64,000 bases of DNA, from contig CALHAX010000069.1 in NCBI GenBank assembly GCA_937931785.1, positions 53,837-117,836 of the forward strand. Direction: 5' to 3'. The DNA is from an uncultured Hyphomicrobiaceae bacterium. GTDB taxonomy: Bacteria; Pseudomonadota; Alphaproteobacteria; Rhizobiales; CALHAX01. The position numbers and the translations under genes are program-made. The notes below the pieces were generated by a model. The model saw nothing but the letters and a program-made list of their open reading frames with translations, was not told the DNA's origin and did no database searches. Positions within the stretch are counted from its first letter, which is position 1. Every line of letters starts with the position of its first letter. This document shows positions 50,207 through 62,533 of the stretch, piece by piece.

Positions 50207-51429
50207 CTGCATTGTGTCGCGACTGCGGTCAGATCACGCCATCGCACTCCGATGTTTCACCTTTGCTCGCATGCCCCAACTGCGGCGCCCATCGACTGGT
50301 CTCTCATCCTGAGCTGCTGGCGCTCGACATTGCGCATGTGGATTGCGACGCGTTCTATGCGTCCGTGGAGAAACGGGACAATCCTACACTTGCTGATAAA
50401 CCGCTGATCGTTGGGCATGCCGGTGGGCGCGGTGTCGTCACCACGGCGTGCTACATTGCGCGGCAATTCGGCCCGCGCTCCGCGATGCCAATGTTCAAGG
50501 CGATGGAACTGTGCCCGCAGGCTGTTGTCGTTCAACCGGACATGGCGAAGTACAAGGCCGTGAGCCAGCAGATCCGCGGAATCTTTCGCGATGCGACGGA
50601 AATAATCGAACCCGTATCCCTGGACGAAGCCTATCTCGACCTCAGTGACCTGAAGGCGATCGGTGGAATTCCCGCCGATGCGCTGGCAACCGTCGCCTAT
50701 CGCATTCATGCGGAAGTCGGCATCACAGTTTCGATCGGCCTCTCCTACAACAAGTTTCTTGCAAAGCTGGCATCGGATCTTGAGAAACCGCATGGATTTT
50801 CCGTCATCGGACGGGCAGAAGCAAAATCGTTTCTTTCGCCGCTGTCAGTGCGCAAGATCAATGGTGTGGGCTCCGCAACAGCGGCACGCATGCAAGCACG
50901 CGGGATCGAAACCATCGAACAACTACAATCCATGTCGGAGATGGAACTGACTGCGATCTTCGGCAAGTTTGGCCGACGGCTTGCGGGATACGTACACGGC
51001 AATGACCCCCGTGCAGTTTCTTCGCACAGGGATTCGAAAAGCGTGTCGGCGGAGACAACGTTCTCCCGCGATACAAACCTTGCGGATCGTCTGATCGAAA
51101 CTGTCGAGCCACTTTGCGACCGTGTGGCAGCCCGGTTGGTTCGTGCGCGTATCGCCGGAAGCACCGTTGTTCTCAAACTGAAAACCTCGGATTTTCAAAC
51201 GATCACGCGGAATCGTCAGCTCCAGGCCCCCACGCAACGTTCCGATGTGTTGCTGGAAACAGCTCAACACCTGATCCGAAGAGAAGCGGATGGACGCGCC
51301 TTTCGCCTGATCGGCATTGGCGTGGCAGATATTGTGGAAGATAAAGCAGCTGATCCCCCGGACCTTTTCAGAGGAACCGGAGAATCAGATGATAGACATG
51401 AGAAATCTGCAGGGTTGTTCAAAAAATAA
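50203..51429 (+). CDS. dinB: DNA polymerase IV with N-terminal Cys4 motif
   Basis: HVDCDAFYASVE, SLDEAYLD and NKFLAKLASD..KP motifs. Confidence 0.95.
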   Translation: MTALCRDCGQITPSHSDVSPLLACPNCGAHRLVSHPELLALDIAHVDCDAFYASVEKRDNPTLADKPLIVGHAGGRGVVTTACYIARQFGPRSAMPMFKAMELCPQAVVVQPDMAKYKAVSQQIRGIFRDATEIIEPVSLDEAYLDLSDLKAIGGIPADALATVAYRIHAEVGITVSIGLSYNKFLAKLASDLEKPHGFSVIGRAEAKSFLSPLSVRKINGVGSATAARMQARGIETIEQLQSMSEMELTAIFGKFGRRLAGYVHGNDPRAVSSHRDSKSVSAETTFSRDTNLADRLIETVEPLCDRVAARLVRARIAGSTVVLKLKTSDFQTITRNRQLQAPTQRSDVLLETAQHLIRREADGRAFRLIGIGVADIVEDKAADPPDLFRGTGESDDRHEKSAGLFKK

Positions 51430-51566
51430 AAGCGACCGGTGCGGCGAACTGTGAAAAGGCTATGGGTGGGATCGCCTTGCCACATGGCTTGCACTGGGGA
51501 TGAAGCCGGACCTCACACCAAGATGAGGCAAGTCGTGAGATCCATATTCACCGCACCGGAACTCGG

Positions 51567-53210
51567 TTACCGCACAATTTCAGCGTTGAACGCCGCTTGC
51601 GGTGAAACTGTTCTGACGAATGGGTTACGGAGCGCTGCCGTTGCGACTTGCTCCGCTTCGGGCTCTGTCTCGATTGCGGCATGGGTCAGCCAGGGGCCTG
51701 GTCGTTGCAAAGCTGGTTTGAGCGCCGCAACGGCTCCCAAACCACGCCATCCATTCTCAAGAGAGGATGCAAATTCATCGAGTGAACCGTGGTCCACATC
51801 AATGTTGGCGAACGGATTCATGCCCATCGCAGCATATGCCGCTGCATACGCGTTCTGGACATCGACATAGACGATATCGAGTTTTACGCGTGCCACCAGC
51901 GTATTCATTTCTTCACGGATGGCCGTTTGCTCACTTACCTTTCCTGCGTCCAGAGCACTGCGGATCTGCCGCAGTATCTGCGATTGAACGTTCATGAAGT
52001 GACGCGCAGTCCGATAGCGTTTTCGTGCATGTGTCAAACGAGCTCTGGAAACGTGAACTTGCGTCATGATCGCCATGGTGACCGCCAGCGAGCGCACGCG
52101 CAGGAGATCATCGCGCGCATTGATCTCATCCCGACGGGCAGGATAGGAAAAGACCTTTAAGAGGTTCCAACTCGCCTGCGCGCCCCACGCCAGATAGTTC
52201 TGGTTGTAGAGCAGTGTATTGCTGTTCCAGTTCGGCCCGATGGTCGCGCCGAGCGATGGAAGCATTTCCAGAAGTGCTGCGCGTGCTTCCTGACTGTTGA
52301 TGCGCTTTTTGTATGCCACTTCGAGGAGCTCCGGACGTCGCTCAAGAGCACGCGCAACCATATCGTCGGCTGACAACCCAATATATGGAGGCGGGGACTG
52401 GTCCTGAGGGATGACAATCCTGAAATTGGTGCCGGGGCGGATGTTCATAAGCGCAGCCAACTGATGACGCGCAACCCCCAAGTCATCCGACAGACGTTGA
52501 ATTTCGCGTTTGATCTCGACCAGTTCTCGTTCGAACGTGAGTGCTGTCAACGGCGAGGCATCACCATCATTTGCGAGACTCTGCGTATCGCGCAAGGCCC
52601 GCACAACCCGATGCTCAAGGCGGCGAAGTCGTGCAATCAGGCGGTCCGCTGTCACGGCACGCCAGTACGCTGTTCGCACGTCCTCCACGAGGCGGTTGAC
52701 CACCTTGCGCTGGTTCTCGCGTGCGATGAGAATTTTATCAGCGGCTTGACGAGCCCGAATGTAAGACAGACCAAAGTCCAGAACATTCCAACTCAGTTCG
52801 AGATCGGACGAAAAAACGTCCTTTTGCGTTGATGTCGATGGGGTATCCGCCGTGATCGGACCGGTCCCGATCGGCAATCGGCGACTGCTGCCCCCCGCGT
52901 CATTGCTGCGATCCGTGTAGCCTGTGTTGAGTACGAGACCGGGGAGCATGGAATAGTGCGACACGCGGAGTTGGCGCTCGCGCAATGCAGCCTCTCGCGC
53001 TTCAACGCGATGATCGAGATTGTAGCGAATGGCGCGCGACATTGCGTCGTAAAGCGTGATGGGCTTGTCGAGAAGTTCCTGACCGGCGGTCACGCCATCA
53101 TTTGCTTCAGCGGCGAGAGAGGCGACTTCGAATTCCGTCAGGGGTTCGGGCAAGACGGCACAGCCGCCAAGAACACAGATCGTGCCGAGTGCACTTATGA
53201 TCTTCCGCAT
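51567..53210 (-). CDS. TolC family outer membrane lipoprotein
   Basis: Lipobox LGGC; A..RAI.YNLD, LSWNVLDFG, AL..RPEL and SWNLL; coiled-coil repeats. Confidence 0.88.
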   Translation of the reverse strand: MRKIISALGTICVLGGCAVLPEPLTEFEVASLAAEANDGVTAGQELLDKPITLYDAMSRAIRYNLDHRVEAREAALRERQLRVSHYSMLPGLVLNTGYTDRSNDAGGSSRRLPIGTGPITADTPSTSTQKDVFSSDLELSWNVLDFGLSYIRARQAADKILIARENQRKVVNRLVEDVRTAYWRAVTADRLIARLRRLEHRVVRALRDTQSLANDGDASPLTALTFERELVEIKREIQRLSDDLGVARHQLAALMNIRPGTNFRIVIPQDQSPPPYIGLSADDMVARALERRPELLEVAYKKRINSQEARAALLEMLPSLGATIGPNWNSNTLLYNQNYLAWGAQASWNLLKVFSYPARRDEINARDDLLRVRSLAVTMAIMTQVHVSRARLTHARKRYRTARHFMNVQSQILRQIRSALDAGKVSEQTAIREEMNTLVARVKLDIVYVDVQNAYAAAYAAMGMNPFANIDVDHGSLDEFASSLENGWRGLGAVAALKPALQRPGPWLTHAAIETEPEAEQVATAALRNPFVRTVSPQAAFNAEIVR

Positions 53211-53268
53211 GTACTGCTCCTGTGGATCTGGTGGGATCAACGTGCTGAAGGACGCAGTACAAACACGC

Positions 53269-53283
53269 TTAAGTAGATTTTAA
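53269..53283. promoter_or_regulatory. CtrA-type binding site
   Basis: Exact TTAA-gtagatt-TTAA (TTAA-N7-TTAA) about 60 bp upstream of the TolC gene start. Confidence 0.55.
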
Positions 53284-53527
53284 TAAAAATACACGCGATT
53301 CGATAATTCGAAAGACGTACAGCTGTTCTCAGCGTGTTATTCCCCATATATTCTCGTATTGGTGGTATTTGAATCACAGACAGCACTGCCCACGACTGGG
53401 TACAGGAATGGTCGATGCGCATGGTGACGTGCGGGCAGAGGGAGTGAGCGGTTCAAGCACCACTCATTGAGGACCGAATTGTGATGCTCGCTGAGTCAGG
53501 ATCGCTGTGAATCAGGACGGTGCTGCG

Positions 53528-55711
53528 TCAGCCCATGTAATCGGGGAGCCACGCTTCATGGGCAGATTGCAATGCCACTACGGTTGTTGTTGCGCCTGCA
53601 ATCGCCAGTGACTCACCACCTGCTGTACCGAGTTTCAGGGCTCCAGGTACCGGCGTTCCAGAGGCTGCTGTTACAATATAGCGGGCCTGGTCTTCGCCGA
53701 ACCACCAGGCGTGTGCAGGCATGGTGTCGGGGGCCTCATTCAGATTGAAGCCAATGCCGCTCGCCATTGCGAGTTCTGCGATTGCGACAAGCAATCCGCC
53801 ATCACTGATATCGTGAACAGCGGTCACGTGGTTTGCACGGATCAACTTCCGTATTTTTTCTCCGTTGGCACGTTCCGCTTCGAGATCAACCGCAGGCGGT
53901 GCACCGTCGAACCCATCTGCGCAGACATCCTGATAGATGGACTGCCCAAGATGACCGTGCGTTTCCCCAACAAGCCAGAGGTCATCGCCCTCGTTGATTG
54001 AGCCAGTGAAGGCCATACGATCAATGTTGGGGATCAGACCAACGCCACCAATTGCGGGTGTCGGCGGAATCGCGACGCCGTTGGTCTCGTTATAGAGTGA
54101 AACATTGCCTGAGACGACCGGCGTGCCAAGTGCCTTGCACGCTTCGCCCATACCCTCGATGCAGCCAACGAACTGGCCCATGATTTCAGGACGCTCAGGG
54201 TTACCGAAATTCATGCAGTCGGTAATAGCCAACGGATCAGCGCCGACGGCGCACAGGTTGCGGTAGGTTTCAGCAACAGCTTGCTTGCCACCTTCCACGG
54301 GATCTGCCTCACAGTAACGCGGTGTGACATCTGTGGTGATTGCAATCCCCTTCGTGGTGCCGTGAATCCGCACTACACCAGCATCGCCACCCGGTCGTTG
54401 CACGGTATCCCCCATCACCATGTGATCGTATTGCTCCCAGATCCAGCGACGGCTGCACAAATGCTGCGACGCCAGCATCGCTTCAAGTGATCCGAGAATG
54501 CTCTCCGGGGCAGGCACATCACTGGCTGCAATGACCGGAGCTGCAGGTGTGGGCGTGTGGGGCCGCTGATATTCCGGTGCTGAATCCGCAAGTGTCGCAA
54601 CGGGCATATCGGCCATAGCTTCGCCGTTGTGAGTAATGATGAGGCGGCCCGTATCCGTGGTTTCGCCAACAATCGCAAAATCAAGCTCCCACTTCTGGAA
54701 GATTTTCTCCGCTGCGGCTTCAGTACCTGGTTTCAGCACCATGAGCATGCGCTCCTGGCTTTCCGAGAGCATCATCTCGTAGGCGGTCATGCCAGTTTCG
54801 CGCTGCGGCACCTTATCGAGGTTGAGCGTGAAACCAACGCCGCCCTTGTCCGCCATCTCGACGGACGATGATGTGAGACCCGCCGCGCCCATATCCTGAA
54901 TGGCGATGATTGAGTCGCTTGCCATCAACTCAAGGCACGCTTCAAGCAGAAGTTTTTCGGTAAACGGATCGCCAACCTGAACCGTTGGACGTTTTTCTTC
55001 GGAGTCGTCATCAAACTCGGCGGATGCCATTGTGGCGCCGTGAATACCGTCTCGCCCTGTCTTGGAGCCAACGTAAACAACGGGCAGTCCGACGCCCTTG
55101 GCTGCGGAGTAAAAAATACCATCTGTTTTTGCGAGACCGACGCACATGGCATTGACGAGGATGTTGCCGTTGTAGCGCGGATCGAAATTCGTTTCACCGC
55201 CTATAGTCGGCACACCGATGCAGTTGCCGTATCCCCCAATGCCCGCCACAACACCCGAAACCAAGTGACGTGTCCTGGGGTGGTCCGGAGCACCGAAGCG
55301 CAATGCGTTCATGTTTGCGACCGGCCGTGCGCCCATCGTGAACACGTCGCGCATGATACCGCCCACGCCGGTCGCTGCCCCCTGGTAGGGTTCGATAAAC
55401 GACGGATGGTTGTGGCTCTCCATCTTGAAAACCACGCAATCCCCGTCACCCAAATCGACCACACCAGCATTCTCGCCCGGCCCCTGAATGACCTGTGGTC
55501 CATCGGTTGGCAACGTCTTCAACCAGTATTTCGAAGACTTGTAGGAGCAGTGCTCCGACCACATCACCGAGAAGATGCCGAGTTCCGTGATCGACGGCTC
55601 ACGCCCCATGATTTCGAGAACCCGGGCGTATTCCTCGTCGGAAAGGCCATGCTCGGCAATAAGTTCCGGGGTGATATCGGCAGGTATTGGCGTGGCGTTG
55701 GCAGCGCTCAT
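53528..55711 (-). CDS. purL: Phosphoribosylformylglycinamidine synthase subunit PurL
   Basis: [32 protein letters not shown] and HDISDGG motifs. Confidence 0.97.
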   Translation of the reverse strand: MSAANATPIPADITPELIAEHGLSDEEYARVLEIMGREPSITELGIFSVMWSEHCSYKSSKYWLKTLPTDGPQVIQGPGENAGVVDLGDGDCVVFKMESHNHPSFIEPYQGAATGVGGIMRDVFTMGARPVANMNALRFGAPDHPRTRHLVSGVVAGIGGYGNCIGVPTIGGETNFDPRYNGNILVNAMCVGLAKTDGIFYSAAKGVGLPVVYVGSKTGRDGIHGATMASAEFDDDSEEKRPTVQVGDPFTEKLLLEACLELMASDSIIAIQDMGAAGLTSSSVEMADKGGVGFTLNLDKVPQRETGMTAYEMMLSESQERMLMVLKPGTEAAAEKIFQKWELDFAIVGETTDTGRLIITHNGEAMADMPVATLADSAPEYQRPHTPTPAAPVIAASDVPAPESILGSLEAMLASQHLCSRRWIWEQYDHMVMGDTVQRPGGDAGVVRIHGTTKGIAITTDVTPRYCEADPVEGGKQAVAETYRNLCAVGADPLAITDCMNFGNPERPEIMGQFVGCIEGMGEACKALGTPVVSGNVSLYNETNGVAIPPTPAIGGVGLIPNIDRMAFTGSINEGDDLWLVGETHGHLGQSIYQDVCADGFDGAPPAVDLEAERANGEKIRKLIRANHVTAVHDISDGGLLVAIAELAMASGIGFNLNEAPDTMPAHAWWFGEDQARYIVTAASGTPVPGALKLGTAGGESLAIAGATTTVVALQSAHEAWLPDYMG

Positions 55712-55836
55712 GTGGCAACTCCGAAGCATGTCAGAATCGGGCGCATCGCCCGTTTGCGGTGCTTATAGCGGGGGGCGACGCTGTTGTCGCGCGGAGCCCG
55801 CGAGGTGCGTCATGTTATGCACGTCCCGTGATCGGG

Positions 55837-56235
55837 TTACTGCTGACGGAGTGCGTTGACCGGCCAGATGAACGCGCGGCCACCATTTTCGTAAATGTTC
55901 TCCTGAACCTTGATTTGTGCGCCAGACTTGGGGGCGAGCGATTGATTGCTACTGACCGTGACCTGTCGCCCCGTCGCAAGTTTCACGGTCAACAAAAGCG
56001 TCGAAGATCCCACGTAATCCTGAGAACGTGACCAGTTCAGAACGGTGGCGTCGAGAACGTTGTGCTCAACAATGCCACCCCGACTGGTCATGACCCAAAT
56101 GAAAGCTGCAACCAGCGCGCCGGCGATAAGCACAAGTGGTGTGTTCCTTGCCCAGATTCGACGTCGCTCAGCGCGGTATGCCCGATCAAGTGCGTCGGCC
56201 TGGGCCTGTGACTGTTGTCTGCACGGATTGCTCAT
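55837..56235 (-). CDS. Hypothetical single-pass membrane protein
   Basis: TM segment PLVLIAGALVAAFIWVM followed by a small beta-rich domain. Confidence 0.65.
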   Translation of the reverse strand: MSNPCRQQSQAQADALDRAYRAERRRIWARNTPLVLIAGALVAAFIWVMTSRGGIVEHNVLDATVLNWSRSQDYVGSSTLLLTVKLATGRQVTVSSNQSLAPKSGAQIKVQENIYENGGRAFIWPVNALRQQ

Positions 56236-56315
56236 GCGGTCATCCTGCCAACTCGGTGTCTGTCGTAGGATCTCGATATGGGCATGAAGCACACCGAAAC
56301 AATGCCGCGCCACAT

Positions 56316-57677
56316 TTACTGCAATGTGTCCACGTCCTGTTGCGTAACGAGATAGGTGCCTGTGAACTCTACCGAGTCGCCGGGGGCGAGGGTATCCCAG
56401 GACGCGTTGATAGCGGCGTCAATGGAGTCACCCAGCGGATTGACGTCGCTGGACAAGGTTTCACCGGTTGGTGCCGGAGGTGGGCCGGATCCGTTGTGCA
56501 CATCACTTATCGTCACCCCAGCAATCGGCACATTGCCAGTGTTTGTAACGGTATACGTGTAGATGATCGTCTCGTTGACGCCGCGTAAGGTGTCGTCGTC
56601 AGCGACCTTGGTGATGGACAAGGCCGGGGCCGGGGGAATGGTGGTTATGGTCGCCGTGTCGTTCGCGTTTGATGTGCCCGACAGATCTGTGTCCGCCTCG
56701 TTGTGGAAGTCGACACCGTTCGCCGTAGCCTGGTTCGAGATCGTTCCCGTCAGAATGTCGGCTTGTGTCACGGTGTAGTCTGCGGTGAAGGTCACAGTTT
56801 CGCCAATCCGGATGTCGGTGGCCGTTCCAGCGCCACTGTCATAGTTGTTACCTCCTGAATTGTATGCCGGTACGGGCGTGGTACCTGTTCCTGTGAATGA
56901 TCCTCCATTTTCCGTAACGGACGCATTGAACACCGTAACGTCGCCCGTGTTTGTGACAACATAGGTGTAGGTGATCGTGTCTCCGGCATGGATGATGCCG
57001 TCACCACCGTCGTTGGGGGCGCTGCTCTTGAGGAGGGAAATTTCTGGTGGATTGGAAAACAACTGGAACTCACGGAATGCATTTTCCGTCGTTCCGTTTC
57101 CTCGCAAATTCGAGATGCGAAAGGCTGTTATCGCTGGCAACGCCGCTGGACCACCTAGAGATGCAAATGTCACAAACTTCGGATCAGTTGCGCTGAGTGT
57201 GTCGCCAATGTCGACATCGTTTGCAACCAATGTGGTCGGGGTGCCGGACACCGGATCCGTGTAATCTATCTCAACGTCGAAAATGCGCAGTTCATCGTCG
57301 GTGTAAACGCCACCCGAGTTCGACCAGACTACAATGCCATGATAGAATTCATCCACGTTCGGGCTAGCGAAGTTGAATGTAATTTCATGGGTTGGTTGGC
57401 CGGGAACAGGGCAATAACCAGCAGTTCCCGTGATGTCGCCATCCGACGCCACTGCCACGTTCGCGATGCATGCACCCGGATGGAGGATCGGGACGAAGTT
57501 CTCGGTGACGGTATCGGCGACGCGGTTCGCAGCCTGCACCGGTTCGGCTGCCCAGCAAAGAAAGATCAACGTCAGCCAGTAAACCGACGCAGCGAAACAT
57601 GCGGCACGACGATTTGTTGTCGCACCCTTCAGCACCTTACGTTGACGCTTTGCGTTCAGGATACGACGCACAGCCAT
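56316..57677 (-). CDS. Secreted protein with two DUF11/DUF7507-like Ig-fold repeats
   Basis: Repeats GDTITYTYVVTNTGDV..TFTADYTVTQAD and NETIIYTYTVTNTGNV..EFTGTYLVTQQD; signal peptide ending PVQA. Confidence 0.8.
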   Translation of the reverse strand: MAVRRILNAKRQRKVLKGATTNRRAACFAASVYWLTLIFLCWAAEPVQAANRVADTVTENFVPILHPGACIANVAVASDGDITGTAGYCPVPGQPTHEITFNFASPNVDEFYHGIVVWSNSGGVYTDDELRIFDVEIDYTDPVSGTPTTLVANDVDIGDTLSATDPKFVTFASLGGPAALPAITAFRISNLRGNGTTENAFREFQLFSNPPEISLLKSSAPNDGGDGIIHAGDTITYTYVVTNTGDVTVFNASVTENGGSFTGTGTTPVPAYNSGGNNYDSGAGTATDIRIGETVTFTADYTVTQADILTGTISNQATANGVDFHNEADTDLSGTSNANDTATITTIPPAPALSITKVADDDTLRGVNETIIYTYTVTNTGNVPIAGVTISDVHNGSGPPPAPTGETLSSDVNPLGDSIDAAINASWDTLAPGDSVEFTGTYLVTQQDVDTLQ

Positions 57678-57783
57678 CTATCCTCATTCCCAGATCACGC
57701 ACAGCTGACCGCGGACCGGGATCACACCAATTGGTAGATTCAGTCTAAATTGATTCGTGGATGATGTAATTGTGCCCGACCGC

Positions 57784-58851
57784 TCATTCAACAGAAGCCG
57801 TTCTGCCCGGCAAGGCAAAACGCAGGATCAGGTTTCGTTGGAAAAAATTGAAATTATCATCTGAAATCAATGTGATAATCGTTTGCCCAGTGCCGTCCTG
57901 ATGGACCGCGATGCCTTCCATATTGTCGATATTGGACGAGCTGTCCACATCGAGCAGCACGTCACCGTGGATCACGCGACCGGACGCCAGTTCGTCAGGA
58001 TGTACCCGGCGGATGCGCATTTTCACGCCTTCCGTCCAGCGAAAGCGCCGTTCCAGTGTCAGGAAGCCGCCGTCTGGCAAAGCTGCGAGCCCCGTAATGT
58101 CAAACCCCTTAATTGGCTTCAAAAAGAGTTCGCGCGTGCGGCCCCTGGCGATAAGCCAGCCGCGCAGATTACCGGCACTGTTGCGCCGTCCCTCTGCGAA
58201 CATCACAAGTTTGCCGGTGTTCGGCCCCACCAGCAGCTCCATAGCTTCAAGGCCGCGGTTGCCCTTGAGTCCCTTGATGTAGGGCGGCAGGTTGAGATAG
58301 CGCGCTGGTTTTCCGATCTCGCCATTGCGCACTGGAAATCGGCCGACGCGATGGATCTGCTCGAATGCGATCAGGATCTCGCCATTGTCGAGCGTACCCT
58401 TGTCAAGGCTCACAGCTTCTGCGTCGACTTCGCGACCGCCTGCCAAAACGCGCCCACTCAAGGCGCGGAAGGGGCCAACACGTCCGTTTGTCACATTGGT
58501 CGGCGTGCCATTCCGCGATGTGATATTTGCTGTCATCCAGAAGCCCGCATCCGACGCTGCGAAAACGCGTTTACCGTCCGGGCTGATGGACAGGCCTGAA
58601 AAACCACCAAAGTAGTCGGAACTCGACGACAGACTGAGGCCACCCAACCAAATGAGTTTGCCAGCAGGGCGCCCCGGTTTACGGGTGCGCCCGAAGCTTG
58701 TGATCGGTCGTGCCGAAATCTCGATGGATTGCGGTTCCATCCCCTTGAGGCGCGGTTTTGCCGTGACGGTGGTTGCGGCACCAATCGCCAAAGCGGTGAA
58801 GGCACCAACACTTCCGATCAGCGCGCGCTGAACCCGGTTGAACGTCGTCAT
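57784..58851 (-). CDS. Esterase-like activity of phytase family protein
   Basis: [26 protein letters not shown] and LISDDNF..QR motifs; downstream of cobT. Confidence 0.88.
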   Translation of the reverse strand: MTTFNRVQRALIGSVGAFTALAIGAATTVTAKPRLKGMEPQSIEISARPITSFGRTRKPGRPAGKLIWLGGLSLSSSSDYFGGFSGLSISPDGKRVFAASDAGFWMTANITSRNGTPTNVTNGRVGPFRALSGRVLAGGREVDAEAVSLDKGTLDNGEILIAFEQIHRVGRFPVRNGEIGKPARYLNLPPYIKGLKGNRGLEAMELLVGPNTGKLVMFAEGRRNSAGNLRGWLIARGRTRELFLKPIKGFDITGLAALPDGGFLTLERRFRWTEGVKMRIRRVHPDELASGRVIHGDVLLDVDSSSNIDNMEGIAVHQDGTGQTIITLISDDNFNFFQRNLILRFALPGRTASVE

Positions 58852-60719
58852 GCAGCGCGACCGCGGCGTGTGGCAGGAACGCCTTCTTCAAAAAGGGATA
58901 CCAGTTGATCGGTCATGGCTCCGGCCAGCTCAGCCGCGTCGGTAATTGTGACGGCACGCTGGTAATACCGCGTGACATCATGACCAATCCCGATGGCGAT
59001 AAGCTCAACAGGTGAGCGGTTCTCGATCTCGTGAATGACTTGGCGCAAGTGATGCTCCAGATAAGAGCCCGAATTCACCGACAGAGACGAATCATCTACC
59101 GGCGCACCATCAGAAATCATCATAAGAATGCGGCGCTGCTCGGGCCGTGCAAGAATACGCTTGTGCGCCCAGGTGAGGGCTTCACCGTCAATATTCTCCT
59201 TGAGCAACCCTTCACGCATCATCAATGCGAGGTTGCGGCGCGAGCGACGCCACGGACTGTCCGCATGCTTGTAGATGATATGACGGAGGTCGTTGAGACG
59301 GCCTGGCGCTGGCGGTTTTCCTGCTTCCAGCCATGCTTCGCGGGCATGTCCACCTTTCCAGGCGCATGTGGTGAAACCGAGAATTTCAACTTTCACGCCA
59401 CAGCGTTCCAGTGTGCGCGCCAGGATATCTGCACAGCACGCTGCCACCATGATCGGGCGACCGCGCATGGAGCCGGAATTGTCGAGCAGGAGCGTTACAA
59501 CCGTGTCGCGAAAATCCGTGTCGCGTTCCGCCTTGAAGGAGAGGGCGTGCATGGGATCGAGGATGACACGGGTGAGCCTTGCAGCATCAAGCACGCCTTC
59601 TTCCAGATCAAAATCCCAGGCGCGGTTTTGTTGTGCAAGCAGGCGGCGCTGCAGGCGATTGGCGAGACGGGACACGGCCCCGGACAGGCCGCGGAGTTCC
59701 TTTTCGAGATAGGCATGGAGACGTGTGAGCTCCTCAGGGGAGCACAAATCTTCTGCCCGTTTCTCTTCGTCAAATTCGGTTGTGAATGCTGTGTAACCAA
59801 ACCGTTCCGGAGCTTCCAGGACATTGACGTTCGGCTGCCACGGCACTTCCGTTTCAGCGCCTTCCAGACCGTCTGACTCAACATCGAACATGTCTGCATC
59901 GGCGCTTTCGGACATGTCGGTTTCGTCGGACTGCTCGCCGTCGGCCATCTGTTCTTCAGGTGCGGACTCGCCGCCTTCCGACGAATCCCCTTCTTCGCCA
60001 GCTTCCGGATTGCCCTCGTCCGATTGCTCTTCGTCCCGGTCGTCGTCGCTTTCCTCATCGCCTTGCGAAAAATCATCTGTCACATCGAGCGCATTCAGGA
60101 GCGAGCGGACGAGCTTGCCGAATTCCTTCTGATCCTCGATCAACTCACCGAGCTGGTCGAAAGTCTTGCCTGCACGATCCTCGATCCAGGGCCGCCACGC
60201 TTCAACAAGCGCCTTTGCCTTCTTTGGAGGCGCCTCTCCCGTCAAGTTCTCCCGTACGAGCAGCGCGAGGGCGTCTTCGAGTGGCGCTTCATCGCGCGAC
60301 GTGACCTTGGCGAAGCGGCCATGGTCGTAAGCATTCTCTACCTTGGCCGACAAATTTTGCGCCATTCCGGGCATGCGGTTTGCACCAAGGCATTCAACAC
60401 GGGCCGTTTCAACAGCTTCAAAAATGACACGGGCAGGTCCTGAGTCGGGCACCATGCCGGCGTGAACTTTCGGGTCGTGACACGCCGCTTTCAGAGAAAT
60501 CGAATCCGCGTGGCCGCGCACGATGGCTATTTCTTCGGGGCCCGGCACGCGACTTGGTTCGGGCAAACGCACGCTCTTGCCCTCCAGCACGGGTTGCGCT
60601 GCCGTATAGGTGACTTCCAGTTCGTCATCTGCCGCAATCGCGCGTACGGCAAGCGCCAGTGCCCGCTTGAAAGGTTCTGCGGGGCTTTCCTTGCGATTGC
60701 TGTTGTTCGACGATGACAT
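58848..60719 (-). CDS. cobT: Cobaltochelatase subunit CobT
   Basis: EPFKRAL, acidic linker, LANRLQRRL, v[23 protein letters not shown] and ISDGAPVDD motifs. Confidence 0.96.
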   Translation of the reverse strand: MSSSNNSNRKESPAEPFKRALALAVRAIAADDELEVTYTAAQPVLEGKSVRLPEPSRVPGPEEIAIVRGHADSISLKAACHDPKVHAGMVPDSGPARVIFEAVETARVECLGANRMPGMAQNLSAKVENAYDHGRFAKVTSRDEAPLEDALALLVRENLTGEAPPKKAKALVEAWRPWIEDRAGKTFDQLGELIEDQKEFGKLVRSLLNALDVTDDFSQGDEESDDDRDEEQSDEGNPEAGEEGDSSEGGESAPEEQMADGEQSDETDMSESADADMFDVESDGLEGAETEVPWQPNVNVLEAPERFGYTAFTTEFDEEKRAEDLCSPEELTRLHAYLEKELRGLSGAVSRLANRLQRRLLAQQNRAWDFDLEEGVLDAARLTRVILDPMHALSFKAERDTDFRDTVVTLLLDNSGSMRGRPIMVAACCADILARTLERCGVKVEILGFTTCAWKGGHAREAWLEAGKPPAPGRLNDLRHIIYKHADSPWRRSRRNLALMMREGLLKENIDGEALTWAHKRILARPEQRRILMMISDGAPVDDSSLSVNSGSYLEHHLRQVIHEIENRSPVELIAIGIGHDVTRYYQRAVTITDAAELAGAMTDQLVSLFEEGVPATRRGRAA

Positions 60720-60740
60720 CTTCAATCCAACCGGAAACGA

Positions 60741-61763
60741 TCAACTCATTGCGATGTTGGCGGTGGACTCGGGCAATTCCTCACCGAAGCAACGCTGATA
60801 GAACTCGGCCACAAGTGCGCGTTCGAGTTCGTCACACTTGTTGACAAACGAAAGACGGAACGCGAGTGCCACATCGTCGAAGATTTCAGCGTTCTCTGCC
60901 CAGGTGATGACGGTGCGGGGGCTCATCACCGTGGACAGGTCGCCGTTGATGAACGCGTTGCGTGTCAGGTCTGCGACACGCACCATATTCGACAAGATTT
61001 CCCTTTTGCCCTTCGACGCGAAGGATTTCACCTTGGACGCAACGATATCAACTTCAGCATCATGCGGAAGATAATTCAGCGTGGAGACGATCGACCACCG
61101 GTCCATCTGACCCTGGTTGATCTGCTGCGTACCGTGATACAGCCCGCTGGTATCGCCGAGGCCGATCGTGTTCGTGGTGGCAAACATACGGAATGCCGGG
61201 TGCGGTTTGATCACCATGGACTGATCCAGAAGGGTCAGTTTGCCGGAGACTTCCAGAACACGCTGGATCACGAACATGACGTCCGGGCGGCCAGCGTCGT
61301 ACTCGTCGAAAACGATCGCGGTGTTGGATTGCAGTGCATATGGCAAAATGCCCGGACGGAATTCCGTAACCTGCTGGCCATCGCGGATCACGATCGCATC
61401 CTTGCCGACAAGATCAATCCGACTCACGTGACTATCGAGATTGACGCGAATACACGGCCAGTTCAGGCGGGCGGCAACCTGCTCAATGTGCGTGGACTTC
61501 CCAGTGCCGTGGTAGCCCTGGATCATGACGCGGCGGTTGTGTGCGAAGCCTGCAAGAATAGCGAGCGTGGTGGCCGGATCGAACAAGTAGTCCGCATCGA
61601 CTTCTGGTACATGTTCGCTTGGCACTTTGTATGCGGGTACCTTGAGATCGCTATCGATACCGAAGGTTTCTCGAACGGATACCGTTGTATCCGGCATTCC
61701 GTCCGCACTTTTTGCACCCGTGTTTTTCTGGTCAGCGGGAGCCCGCTTCGCTGCAACGCTCAT
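60741..61763 (-). CDS. cobS: Cobaltochelatase subunit CobS (AAA+)
   Basis: [20 protein letters not shown] and INQGQMDRW motifs. Confidence 0.97.
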   Translation of the reverse strand: MSVAAKRAPADQKNTGAKSADGMPDTTVSVRETFGIDSDLKVPAYKVPSEHVPEVDADYLFDPATTLAILAGFAHNRRVMIQGYHGTGKSTHIEQVAARLNWPCIRVNLDSHVSRIDLVGKDAIVIRDGQQVTEFRPGILPYALQSNTAIVFDEYDAGRPDVMFVIQRVLEVSGKLTLLDQSMVIKPHPAFRMFATTNTIGLGDTSGLYHGTQQINQGQMDRWSIVSTLNYLPHDAEVDIVASKVKSFASKGKREILSNMVRVADLTRNAFINGDLSTVMSPRTVITWAENAEIFDDVALAFRLSFVNKCDELERALVAEFYQRCFGEELPESTANIAMS

Positions 61764-61897
61764 TGATCTTCGATGTCCTGCTGTTGGCCTGCCCGCGCAC
61801 TTGCCAATTCTTTGTGCTCCGCGGGCGTTCAGGGCGGCGATGTCCGAAAGATGTCTCGTGTCAGCTCAAGGCTGGAACGTAACGCATAGAAAACGGG

Positions 61898-62533
61898 TCA
61901 GCAAAGACCCGCTTTCTTGAGGTAATTATAGGCTTGGATCACTTCGCGCAACTTGTCCTCAGCACCGCGATCGCCGCCGTTGCTGTCCGGGTGATGGCGT
62001 TTCACCAATTCCTTGAACCGAGTCTTGATCTCCTGCTTCGAAGCGTCCTCGGGCAGGTGCATCTCGCCTAGTGCCTTGCGTTCCATGCTGCGCACTGGAC
62101 GCCGTCGTAATTTCTCGGGTGTCGCCTGTTCACCGAAAAGCCCATGCGGATCGCTCTGCGCAAAGGCCGGATCAAAGCCTGCTGCCGGTTTGCGCCGTTT
62201 CTTCGCTGTTCCACCGCCACCAACGTTGGCGGTTCCATTCGAGCTCACAGTCCACGTGGGGCGGTGGCCCGTCGACGCCGACTTCTGATAATCGATAAAC
62301 TCTTCGTCGCTCATCCCACTGAAATAATTGTAGGATTTATTATATGTCTGCACGTGTTCAATGCAGAACGACAGGTATTCCCCTTCATGGCCACGGCCAC
62401 GAGGCGCACGATTGGTCGCGGGGTTCTTGCACCCACGCCACTGACAGGTTCCAGACGCGACTTTTTCCTCGGGCTTTGCCTTGCCCTTGGGTTTGACACG
62501 AATGCTGTCGAAATATTTCGATTCAAGTTTCAT
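61898..62533 (-). CDS. J-domain (DnaJ-like) protein
   Basis: C-terminal J domain with HHPD; N-terminal C..GC..FC.EHV..YN..YNYF.GM. Confidence 0.92.
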   Translation of the reverse strand: MKLESKYFDSIRVKPKGKAKPEEKVASGTCQWRGCKNPATNRAPRGRGHEGEYLSFCIEHVQTYNKSYNYFSGMSDEEFIDYQKSASTGHRPTWTVSSNGTANVGGGGTAKKRRKPAAGFDPAFAQSDPHGLFGEQATPEKLRRRPVRSMERKALGEMHLPEDASKQEIKTRFKELVKRHHPDSNGGDRGAEDKLREVIQAYNYLKKAGLC

